A DNA stretch of 64,000 bases from Marsupella aquatica. Its lineage: Eukaryota; Plantae; Marchantiophyta. Positions 1 to 10,878 of the stretch are shown here, piece after piece; the first letter of the stretch is position 1; every line of letters begins with the position of its first letter. The position numbers were made by a program, and so were the translations under genes. The notes under the pieces were generated by a model. It was given only the letters and a program-made list of their open reading frames with translations. It made no database searches and was not told where the DNA came from. Where the stretch lies: the NCBI GenBank assembly GCA_973895155.1, contig OZ316897.1:20798260-20862259 (forward strand), written 5' to 3'.

Positions 1-1140
1 TCACTGGCAGGGGTCTTCACTACATCGGAGCACGAGTGAGGCTGCGCCTGCTTTCATTTGCTCTTTATCAAATTCGAAATTGGAACCTCTTAGCCAAAGC
101 TTGGGCAGGCAGTAGCAAGTCCCTTTCTAGGTGCTATGCGAGGCTGTTGGAGTCTTTAGCCAGGCACGATGAACCCATCGAAGTCGATGGACGCCGAAAT
201 TTTATCCAGTGTAGTTGTGCTGACCACTTCGCTTATTCTTGCGATTTTAAATTCCAAAGTCTCGGACCCTTGGCCTCTTCACCCTATCAATCCCGTGAGT
301 ATTTTATCTTTTCACTCATTCTTGTGGCACCTTCCGCTCTGAAATACTTCTACAATGGAAATCAGAAACGCTAGCTTTCTCCAAGAGAAGACTCCTCTAC
401 AGATTTGCTGTATGCGTGACTTTCTTATGTTGGTTTGGTGGCAGCAGCATCGGCCAATCCTTGAATCCCAAACTGAAAGCTGAAATCGACAAACTGTAAA
501 TCGACATAAGACGGATTTCAAGAAGTCGAACAAAGTTCACAGGGAACCTTTCCAAACCTCACGGGTGAACACATGTACCCCACGGGTGAAAGATCACAGC
601 TTTTGAAACTTCGCCAGACTACAACCGTTCTCGGCCTCAAGTGACATGATTTTATTATACTCATATAAATAAACTAGCGCCCTCTAAGACAAATTACTAA
701 CACTAACCAGAGGATGGGACGTAGAATGCAAAGTTCTCTTGTAGAACATTTCTGCACATGAATTCAAGACAAGCTATAAATATGACTTTTGTCCTTTGCA
801 TCGTTTCCCAATCAGTGATAGGATCTCCGTGTAATTTCTCCACTTGTGGGTTCGTAAGTAGAGTACAGCATAGTAACTAGCTTCATGGTTACTACCCTTT
901 CGTGGTTGCTGGCTAGACGGATTCCGCCCACAACTTTGTTTCTTGGCTATACTATCCCACAATACCTTCAAATCCTGCACGGCAGGCATCCACCCATCGG
1001 GTCGAGAATTGAGGAACTAGCCTGCTGAAGCGGTTCCATCAATTGAGTGAACCGAAATTTTGGCGTGACATTTTCATCATTTAGACTACTTATGCCCAGC
1101 GATTCATCAAGAGATCTGAAGAATCTCTCGGCCCTGGAAT

Positions 1141-4100
1141 TCAAGGGCCAGTAAGTTTAAGCCTCTTCGCAATGCCTGCAGTGTACTTTCCCTGATGGAA
1201 AGCTTGCTCCAACTCCAGCTTGGTAGGTTTTCTTGTCCCATCTCCAGCAAAGGTGCCGGCTCCGTATGGAGACCCACCCTTCAGTGCACTGATCTCGAAC
1301 ATGCCCGCTCCGAAGGTGTACCCAATGGGCACAAACATCATTCCGTGATGCGTAAGCTGTGTAATTGCAGTCAACCTGCCCCACAAATTGCATTAAAACT
1401 TTTCTATTAGAAGAGTCTCGACACATTATTCCACAAACAAGGGAACCAAATCCCTGCTCACTTCCATCTGTCAACTCCAGCTTCGACCCAAAAAAACATT
1501 TCACCGGGGTTCAAGTTCGGCTCCAGAGTGTCAATTTTACTAGATGGAACTTATCAAGGTTAGGAGTCACATTGCATAAATCCGTAACATTTCACTTCGA
1601 TTGATTTGTTGTCATTTCTCTGATTTGCTTCAAGGAGCTAATTGAGACACCAAAACGCTCTGGACAATTTTTAAACCAAGCGACCGTCACGACAACAACT
1701 CAGCTTCGTCGAGTAGGGATCAGAAAACGAAATCTGGCACTCACGCCTTCTTGACTGACCAGGCCACGCAATGGACTGTGGAAGAGGAGCTGGAAGTGAG
1801 GCACGGTAATAGAATCTACAGTAGCTATGTTAAGAGATCGGCAAGAACAGTCCACGTTGGAAAGGAAGGACCAGAAAACTCACGCGGTGGTCTCTTGGCC
1901 GCCTCCCTGTGATCCAGTGGAGTAGAAGAGGCCGGCCGGTTTCCCTGCCAAAGCCTGTGTGCGCCACAGCCCACCGGTGGCATCGAAGAAAGCTTTGAAC
2001 TGGGCTGCCATCATCCCGTAACGGGTGGGAAATCCAAACAGAAAGCCATCCGCCTCCGCCAGCTTATGAGGATCGATGATTGGGATTGTTGTTAACTTGG
2101 GTGGAGCACCCATCTTGCCCAATACGTCCTCGTTGAGTATCTCTGGAACCTGTGATCCATGGTGCCCCATTCCCTCTTTCTGAGAAAATCCTTTCTCGGC
2201 AAGTTTTCAGTCCAAAAATTACAGCAACTGCGGTCGGACTAAAACGGTGTCCCAATGCCCTCTATGCAAGCCAAGCCTTGTTGGTTGGAAATTGAGTCCC
2301 ATTCCCTGTTCTAAATGCTCCATCCCAAAGCAGCAAAACTTCACCACTCTTAGCTATGAAAACTCTATTGCCATTCTCTCCTTGAATAGCTCCCACCCCC
2401 CACCCCCCCACCCACCAAAGAAAAGTATGAAATTCATAACAAACAAAGCTCTGGAACTCACTACTGCTTGTGAGAAACACTGAAACGGAAAGAACGGGGC
2501 AGACACAGGTGATCAAGCACACCTGGAACAAAGTGGCTTCGACGCCCTCGACGGAGTTCGCCCCGTTTTTTATCTCCTCGGCCAGCTGTGCGACATGGCC
2601 GTACATAGAGTAGTATCTGCAATCGTCCAAACATCATAACAAAGCGTTGATCTTCCACATTTCAATAAGATTTCCTCACAGCTCACAGATTAAGATATCA
2701 ATCAATTTTGCCCCCACAACAGTGTGGGTACGAACCAATTCATAGACCGGTGCATACACAGAGGTCCATCTCACACGGAGTGAGGACCGCAGCCTCAAAA
2801 GAATGGAAAGCAGCACAGTGACATGAGAGGAAATTGAATATAAACCCAAAAACCAAAGACCCTACATCTCCGAAATCAGAGCTTGATCCTCGGATGGACA
2901 AAACAGTTTTTGACATCCCAAGAAGGTGGACATTTATACAATCGAAAGATCAAATCTAAGCAAAAAATTGTGATCCAGGCAGGTTGTCACATTCCATCCC
3001 AGGATTTTGCCAGACATTGTTGTGTACGAGAGCTTCAGATTTCCGAAATCATGACGCCTATGATTCCGTTCATTTCGGAAATTCGACCGAAGGTGATGTA
3101 TAGCCTGCCATTTACATGTCACAAAGACATTGTGACATGTAAAAAGCAGGGCGGAAGACACGCCCCATCCACTGCTCCGTCGACACGGCGCCAATTTCGG
3201 TACAGATGCAATGTGACAAAAAACGTCCAAAGTTTGTGCCGTTTACTCTTTTATGTTTAGAAAGGCACAACTGCACAACTGACTCATCCTGGTATTGCGT
3301 TTTACTGTTCAGTTGTTCCTTTCCTCTATTCTGGTGAGTAAATAGTGCCTTTGCAACACAGGAAAATGGAGGGCAAAAGATAACTATGAGGACATCATCG
3401 GAATCCGCCTCGATCCAGACTCCCATTCGGTGTCGACAGTTCATTTAGTATCGCCACCTCATCAATGAACTATATTCTTGCAGCACCCTGTTTTTCCCAA
3501 GCGCCTCGAGAGCAACAACCACAATACAAGTATCCAGGAACAAATCACGACTTGATGGTTATTCCATCCCCATCGATGAAACCGTACTTCCAGGGTACAC
3601 GAACACACAACAGACATCTAAAACCAACTATTTACCCTCATCGCCAAACAGATTGCCACGGCCCAGACTCCTTTCCACAATCTGCTTTTCCCACTGGCGC
3701 GCTTTCCGAGAACCGCCAATCCAATTGGACATCCCGTCTCTGTGATTACGTCTATACGACCACAGACGAAACACAGATAGAGCGCACAAAAAACTCGAAG
3801 GCCGCCTTGATCAGATTAGATTTCCCTCCCCGACGGACAACGGCACACGACCGAATTTCAATCGTTCCATCGAGAAATGCTGTTTTTCGTCATAAATGAA
3901 GTCATCAGCGCAGAAGAAACAGAAGAATACAAACAGAGCCGTAAAGAGATCGAGAAAGCCCCGAGCGAGACCTAATCATAAAATGGAGGGCATAGCATAG
4001 CAGAGATCGATCGAGACAACAGAACAGCATTCAGCATTCATTCGAGGAGGAACTGAAATAACTATTATTGCACTCACACAATGTACACCTTCGTCACCAT
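1141..4100 (-). CDS. FQR1: Flavodoxin-like NAD(P)H:quinone oxidoreductase (FQR1/WrbA family), 4 exons: 4078-4100, 2523-2616, 1884-2149, 1141-1375; 205 aa
   Basis: Spliced translation [16 protein letters not shown]...[25 protein letters not shown]...[32 protein letters not shown]...[14 protein letters not shown]. All introns are GT-AG and in phase; exon lengths sum to 618 nt. Confidence 0.93.
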
Positions 4101-5526
4101 CGCGTCGATCCTCTTGCGTTTGTCGACACCACAATCCTCGAATAATTGCTCCGCTTCAGAGCATTGGTGTCAAATCTGTCATCAATCTCAACAGTAACTG
4201 TTAAATACCGACACCGAACAATCTCGATCGAAAGATGAAGCTTTCTAAATCGTATACAGCGGCGTCTTTACGCACCCACACGGTTTACATCCTTACGCAC
4301 TGTAATTCCAGAAACTGTTTAATGGGCGAGAGGATCGACGACATAGATAGGATCTATTGTATTAACGGGATTTATGGTACGTCGATTTCTGGATCGAATT
4401 GTAAGAGAGCTTCATGTTTACACAAGTACAAGGTTTAGAGCTTACGCAGTGTAATTAGGACCATTGCTCAATGGGAGTTGGAATCGACGGCAGTGATAGG
4501 ATCGAACGAAGGAACGGGATTTATGGGCCGTCGATGGTGCGTCCCGGGAACGTCCTTGAAAGCCGCCTTGGCACGGTATCTTGCAAAGAACAGTGCCGGA
4601 GTGCCGGTTATGCGGTCGGCCGGGTACCGTTTGGCAGCTTCTCGGAAACCTCGTCGGGAACCTTCAGTTCGGGATATTTTTTAACGTTTTTTAAGATAGC
4701 GAATGACACCTTGTGCCAAGGAGCACATGCTAGTATCTACTTTTATTATATTATTTTTCGCATTTTTAGATCACCCTAATTTAGAAAATGAAGCCAGGAT
4801 GGATCTCTAAGTTTGTTAAAATGCTCACATGTATTTTTGCAAATGGAGATGGACTGCATTTTACTTGCAATGCCACAAAAAATATTCCTACTTAGTCCAT
4901 CTCAATTATGTAGTTTCTGTCTAGGGTCCATGGGAGCATCATTTTCCCGTAATTTAAGATTGATAGTTTCATTCTGGCTAATGGGGTTTGTGGTTAGGTG
5001 AGAACAAGCTTGGCAACCAGTTTTTAGTGACATATCATTCTGGTGTTACCTTATTTAGAAGCCTACTCAGGTTACTTAGTTTAATAAAGATTTTCATATA
5101 TATTTGTATTTCAATTTGCCTTAAGCCACCACTGTCCACCAGGTCCCGGGTGGGAAAAAAGTGCAATTTAATACTTTTTAGAGAACATTATTCACTCATT
5201 TTAGTAACCTGGATCCACCAGGTTTGCTTCAGGGACTATGGCCCTTTAAACAAAGTGTATCTTTTGTATTTATTATTTGAGTTTTGATTTCCGTTTTCTA
5301 GAGTGACCCCCTCGATCTCTAGGTCTATATTTATGTCCCAATCTTGCCCATCCTTTGTTAATATATTTTATTATCCTTATATTCAATATTAAATTGACAT
5401 ATCAAACATGAGGGATACCAAAACCCAAACCCCTATCTTTGCAAGAGTATGAGAAATCCCGCTGAGAGTAAAAAATAAGAAGTTCAACATAATGTCAACC
5501 ATGTGACAACCATTTGTCTTATTTTT

Positions 5527-5664
5527 TGTCGTGCGCATACATATCGCTACACAACATACATCGCTTGTCACATACATCCAGACATAGTCACACTGCCACA
5601 TCACAAATACAAGAGAATGGAATACAAGTGGAACTCATGTCCACACATGTCCAAAACCCACAAT
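5527..5664 (-). repeat. Terminal repeat segment A (outer copy, 138 bp)
   Basis: Matches 5996-6133 with 2 substitutions (tgtc/tatc, cactgcc/cactacc). Confidence 0.92.
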
Positions 5665-5993
5665 AATCTCCATACAATCGGCACAACGATCTCGGTCAAC
5701 AATACCCCATCGATCCCGCACCGATCCGATCACACACGTATGTCAAGCCAACGCACCTTGCACTACTCAAGGAATCCACGTTACACAAGCGGAGCTCACA
5801 GCCACCATAGCCACACTCAAGCTCCTCTCTCTCCAAGGCTCAACATTGAAAGATGACCTTTCAATGCCTCACAAGTGAGAAGTACCCTCTCACACAAACC
5901 TGACAGAACCTTATCGGCTCCAATAGCACTCATACCAAACGTACATACTCTAATAGCACGATATACTACTACACTACTCAGAATGGTGTGACA
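5664..5993 (-). repeat. Terminal repeat segment B (3' copy, 330 bp)
   Basis: Matches 21359-21688 with 2 CpG transitions (ccacgtt/ccatgtt, gcacgat/gcatgat). Confidence 0.92.
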
Positions 5994-5995
5994 AC

Positions 5996-6133
5996 TATCG
6001 TGCGCATACATATCGCTACACAACATACATCGCTTGTCACATACATCCAGACATAGTCACACTACCACATCACAAATACAAGAGAATGGAATACAAGTGG
6101 AACTCATGTCCACACATGTCCAAAACCCACAAT
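5996..6133 (-). repeat. Terminal repeat segment A (inner copy), directly after the polypurine tract
   Basis: Direct repeat of 5527-5664. The minus strand reads PPT AGGGGGGCG-AT-TGTGGGTTTTGG. Confidence 0.9.
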
Positions 6134-6142
6134 CGCCCCCCT
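6134..6142 (-). promoter_or_regulatory. Polypurine tract of the gypsy element
   Basis: Minus-strand AGGGGGGCG, 2 nt before the TG start of repeat A and downstream of the integrase stop. Confidence 0.7.
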
Positions 6143-6306
6143 AGCTGGGAGTAAGGTCCCCTAACTCTAGCTAGCCATGAGTTCTACAAGGTTGATATAC
6201 ACCTTTTTAGGTGTGAAGATCAGGAGGCCGGGTGCAAGTGAGCCCCATCGATCACCTACCTGCAATCCATATCTGCCAAGAGAACACAAATGATAACTAG
6301 TCGGCT

Positions 6307-7656
6307 TCACCGACACTGAGGACACAACCATGATCCACTAGGAATCACCTGCAATGGTGGTGTCAAACATGATATGTGCCATCCTCTAGAACACTTATCA
6401 CAAATCAACATAGTAGCTGCTCCCTGAGCAGATCCACACAACATACATTTCAAGCCAGCACGAACATGTGCCAAGCTTGGATCTACTGTACCATCAATGT
6501 TGGGAAGGTGACATGGTGCACAGTTGCGCACATGATCCTTCCAAACCATACCATCGCGTCCCTTCAACATCAGGACACCAGAAGGCAACACTTCACGCAC
6601 ACGTAAGATTGTCCGGTCTGCGGTCACATCAAGTGTCGTGGGTGCTGTCTGCTGCAAATAAACATAATCACCAAGATGAAATCGTCGAATGCTTGCACGG
6701 TAACCTCCTCCACGAATAGTGGCATACCTCAAAGTATCACGATGTTGGGCAATGGCAAGGTTGTCAAAAGCCATGGGCATCACTCTCTGAAATACCCGTG
6801 CTCTCTCTGAACACACCTTGACCCAAACATCAAGATCATCCAAGTTCACAACTGGTGCAGCATGACGACGAATAGCTGCTGGCAAATCTGGCTCTCTACC
6901 ATAGAGCAAAAAGTAGGGTGAGAAGGATGCAAGTGATGCTTGCCGACTGAAACGGTAGCCAATAGCTAACCAAGGTAGCTGGAGATCCCAATCTCCCAGA
7001 TGACCAACCTGCAAGCCATACTTACACAATCCTCTCTTCACAGTTTGCACAACTCTCTCAGCTAATCCATCTGCCTCAGGATGATCACGAGAGGTAGTGC
7101 GATGATCAATCAGAGCTTGTTCACACAAACTCTCAAACTCTCCACGGAACTCAGTTCCCTGATCAGTCAATACCTCAGCTGGTGCTCCAAAATGACGGAG
7201 TACACGATCCAAAAATGTAGCAGCAACTCCTCCACTGGCTTTATCTGGCAACGCCACTAGCTCAATCCACTTGGAGAAGTGCTCCACCATGACCAAAACA
7301 TACCGATTATGACGTTGGGTAAGAGGTAATGGACCAGCAAAATCCAAACTCCAACGATATCCCAAACCCATGATCGGTAACGGGTGCAACTGGGGAGTGG
7401 GAGCATTAAATGATGCTCTCACTCTGTCACATACCACACACTTAGCTATCAACTGCTGGACATGAGTGTGCATACCACGCCACCAATATTGTGTCTGCAG
7501 CAAGCTGTAAGTGCGCTTCACACCAAAGTGAACCAACTCCTCGTGCGCATGTCGCACCAAATGTACTTGTTGTGATGGTTTTGGTACCACCAACATCCTA
7601 CCATCATGCAGTACTCTCAAAAGATGGTTTCCCTCCCATCGAAACCTCTTGGCTCT
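6307..7656 (-). pseudogene. Gypsy integrase (HHCC zinc finger, DDE core) with C-terminal PHD finger
   Basis: HEELVHFG...CVVC; WSLDFAGP, VLTDQGTEF, ADGLAER. The C-terminal CMLC...ICDKCSRGWHISCL...WLCPQC is a C4HC3 PHD finger. Confidence 0.92.
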
Positions 7657-8074
7657 CTATAGAACCCTGTCACGTTCCTTGGCATCAACACTGCCAACAA
7701 TAGAACTATTGCGCAGATATTCCAACACTCTCACATCATTGTGAATATCTTGCTGTCCAGAAGTTACCTCACCAATATCCACATCTGAAGACTCATCATC
7801 CACTCCATCCAATGAGGTAGAGTCCACAGATCCACTGTATGCTGGCACCCAACAAAGAAAGGCAGATGCATGCCATCCTGGCACCATCTCCTTATCTGAC
7901 TCATCATGCCATCTAGCTCCAGTCTCATCCTGCTGACTGGTACATGGATTGCGGCTTAATCCATCTGCATCCAAGTTCACTTTTCCAGGCCTATGCACCA
8001 CCTGGAAATCATACTCCTGAAACAACAATGCCCATCATGCAAGCTTCCCTGTAAGCTTGTCAGACTCCATTAAC
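7657..8074 (-). pseudogene. End of gypsy RNase H and linker (3' of the copia insertion)
   Basis: KWLMESDKLTGKLA*WALLFQEYDFQVVHRPGKVNLDADGLSR continues ...TDHQPLK from 14688 across the CACTT TSD. Confidence 0.9.
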
Positions 8075-8079
8075 CACTT

Positions 8080-8554
8080 TGTTGGGTATTTACTCTTACG
8101 TCTAGGTTAGGTATGACGTGGTTGGTACAACAACGTGGGTTGGTACAACTACGTGGTTAGGTACAACTACGTGATTAGGTACAACTATGTGGTTAGGTAC
8201 AACTACGTGATTAGGTACAACTATGTGGTTAGGTACAACTACGTGATTAGGTACAACTATGTGGTTAGGTACAACTATGTGGTTAGATACAACTAAGTTG
8301 CACACTATATCATAAGAGGCATGTGTGCTTGGAGAGGTAGAACCAAGGCTCATTGTTATGGAGCCACTTGAGAGATAGGGAGAGCGTACACTGTGGAGAC
8401 TCGGTATAGCCGACGGGCTTAGAGTTCAGTAAAGCTCTCTTGTGTGTTCCCGTGGACGTAGCCTCAAGGAGGTGAACCACGTATCTCTTGTGTCGACTAT
8501 TGTGCGTTGGATGGTTCATGGGCTTGCCGTTGCGATCGTCGTCTATGCTCAACA
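8080..8554 (+). repeat. Copia 5' LTR containing an 18-bp tandem array (about 10 units, G(G/A)TTAGGTACAACTA(C/T)GT)
   Basis: TGTTGGG...CAACA; array at about 8104-8295; direct repeat of 14208-14682. Confidence 0.95.
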
Positions 8555-8556
8555 AT

Positions 8557-8568
8557 TGGTATCAGAGC
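8557..8568 (+). promoter_or_regulatory. Primer-binding site (initiator tRNA-Met)
   Basis: TGGTATCAGAGC, 2 nt after the LTR. Confidence 0.93.
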
Positions 8569-9708
8569 ATGCTTGGGAGGTGACGTGTGTTCGTGACGGG
8601 ATTTCATGACGGTTTTTCCAGCGTTGAGTGTTGGTGGATTTTCCAGAGTTCCATCGCATGGAACTTGGAGTTTATGGGCTCAACGGATAGATCAGGGCAA
8701 GAGCTTTCTAACGGTGTGAAGAAATCGTTGAACGGAGCTCGTGGTGCAGAGAGATCTAAGTTTTCGTCGTTCTGGATTTTGTGAAGAAAGTTGGCAATCG
8801 ACTCAGAGGGAGAAGCGTCAAGTGTTTTGACTCAACGGAGAGATTGAGGCAAGACGATTGTTTTTGAGTCCGGGATTGGCTCTTTGATGCAAAGAGGAAG
8901 GCTAAGCAAAATCAATTACCTTGTTGGACTTGGTGACGGCACCAAGTGCAATTGATCAACATTCATTGTTGACAAGGTACCATTTTTTTCTCTTTGAAAA
9001 ACTGATTCGAAATTGGCTATGGCAATTGAGAGAAATCTGTCATTTTTACCAATTTTTTTCTCCCTCGTTCTTTCCTCGTTTTGGGTGCTTCTTATATCGA
9101 TCTTCATCGCCTCGGAGTCTAGTTTCCAAATCTGAAATCGGATCTTGATTTCGTCAAAACCCGAGTGAGATATCTTGCGTTTGGTGTCGAGGGGTACATT
9201 CTGCCGTGTGTATTTTCTGCGCGCGCGACCAGATTTCGACGACGAAAGGTGGTAGGTGGTTTTGGGGGTTCGAGGACACATGTCAGCCCCTCGATTGTTC
9301 TTCCAAAATTCCCACAGGGCCTGTACAAGGGTCATAGAATATTCCAAAAAACCAGAGAGCTATTTTTTGACCGTCCGACAAAGATTTCATCCACCGAACG
9401 GTAACTTTTTTGGTTATTTTTCGGCGAGGTCATAGCCATTGAAGTTGGCAATGCAGCGCACCAATCACATCGCAATTCCGACAACGGGTTGTACTTGGTA
9501 TTTCGGTTATTCCCTGAGGTGGTCAAAACGGGGGAGTTTCCCAAGGTTTTACCCACCTCGACCAAAATTTGAATAACTTTTCCGTCAAATTTCGATTTTG
9601 ATTTCGGTTTTCAGTATTGGACTCCTAGCTTTGTGGGCTACGCGGCGGTGTTGAGTTTCGAGTTTTTTGAGAAGTTGTGAAAAACAACATTTTTTGTGAC
9701 TTTCTCAT

Positions 9709-10731
9709 ATGAGTGATTCGGAGGAGTTTTTTGAAGACGTGGAACTTGAAGCACGAGGATCACCGCGGAGGTTTCAGGGGCAGAGAGAGGAGCAGGAGGA
9801 AGAGCACGTGACACCGATACCATCACCGGTGCGGCGTGTGGTGGAGGAAGCAGTACTACTACCGGAGCTCACGGTAAAGAAGAAGATGGGGACTTTCAAG
9901 CTTGGGGGACCCAAGTATGAAGTGACAAAGTATGATGGGCGCTCTGACTACTTGCTATGGGAGAAGCAGGTGAAGGGAGTGCTTTATGCGTCAAGGATGG
10001 GCCAACTGCTGAGCCCTCGTGAAGACGATGTTGATGAGAAACAATGGGACCGCATGCAGGAGCAGGGAGTGTGGTGTGTTACACTCTATCTCATGCCTCC
10101 CATCATCAAGCAGTTGGGTGCACATAAGGATTGCATGTCCTTATTTGCGGAATTGCAGAGCAAGTATCACCGCAAGGAGTTGTCGAACCGGCTCTACACT
10201 TCCTACAAACTGATGAGTTTCAGGATGAAGGAATCTGGTACGAAGTTGCAAGACCATGTGGATGCTTTCAACGACATGGTTGTTGACTTGAAAAACCTTG
10301 GGAAGACTTTGAATGATGAGACGAAGGCTCTGCAACTTCTTAGTTCATTGCCTCCATCTTACCAGTCCCTATCACGAGTGTTGTTGCATCATGATAGGGA
10401 TACCATTTCATACAATGACGTGGTAAGTTCTCTGCTTAGTGATGATCTTCAGCAGAAGATGCACATCACGTCACAGCCTTCATCATCTGGTGCTGCCCTC
10501 AATGTTAACCGTGGGAGGAGTATGCAGCGACCAACTGGGGACCGTAGAACCCAGTTTAGATCTAAATCCAGATCTAAGTCCAAGGGTAAATCCCCTCAGA
10601 GGAGGCAGGTGACATGTTGGAAGTGCAACCAAGTTGGACACTTCAAGCAAGACTGTAAGGGAAAGGCAGCGGAAACTTCATCGGCAAATGTGGCTAGGGC
10701 TGATGGAGAAGCTGATTTACTCAATGATTAG
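9709..10731 (+). CDS. Copia Gag (UBN2-type, CCHC knuckle CWKCNQVGHFKQDC)
   Basis: KYDGRSDYLLWEKQV, LLSSLPPSY and zinc knuckle; ends at an in-frame TAG. Confidence 0.9.
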   Translation: MSDSEEFFEDVELEARGSPRRFQGQREEQEEEHVTPIPSPVRRVVEEAVLLPELTVKKKMGTFKLGGPKYEVTKYDGRSDYLLWEKQVKGVLYASRMGQLLSPREDDVDEKQWDRMQEQGVWCVTLYLMPPIIKQLGAHKDCMSLFAELQSKYHRKELSNRLYTSYKLMSFRMKESGTKLQDHVDAFNDMVVDLKNLGKTLNDETKALQLLSSLPPSYQSLSRVLLHHDRDTISYNDVVSSLLSDDLQQKMHITSQPSSSGAALNVNRGRSMQRPTGDRRTQFRSKSRSKSKGKSPQRRQVTCWKCNQVGHFKQDCKGKAAETSSANVARADGEADLLND

Positions 10732-10878
10732 TATGTTTTATGAAGCCGGGGGTATGCCCTGTGCACGTCATCTAGGAGAGCAGATGATGTGTGAATTCTT
10801 GATTGTGCTTGCTCTTTTCATATTTGTTACATTCGTGAGTTTTTTAGTTCTTACTCTATTTCAAACGGTTCAGTTCTG

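Noticed and set aside
36-374. 112-aa ORF faintly resembling a LINE ORF2 C-terminus
   Set aside because: At the window edge with no diagnostic motif; cannot be supported.
5527-5993. Interpretation as an independent 467-bp solo LTR next to a second, interrupted copy
   Set aside because: No TSD flanks 5527-5993. The supposed insert 6134-21358 has no termini of its own, and its PPT and priming site abut segments A and B, so the repeats belong to the gypsy element.
8102-8353. ORF with VVPNH repeats (also 14230-14481), and a CRISPR-like appearance
   Set aside because: It is the translation of the 18-bp LTR tandem array; there are no spacers, and the context is eukaryotic.
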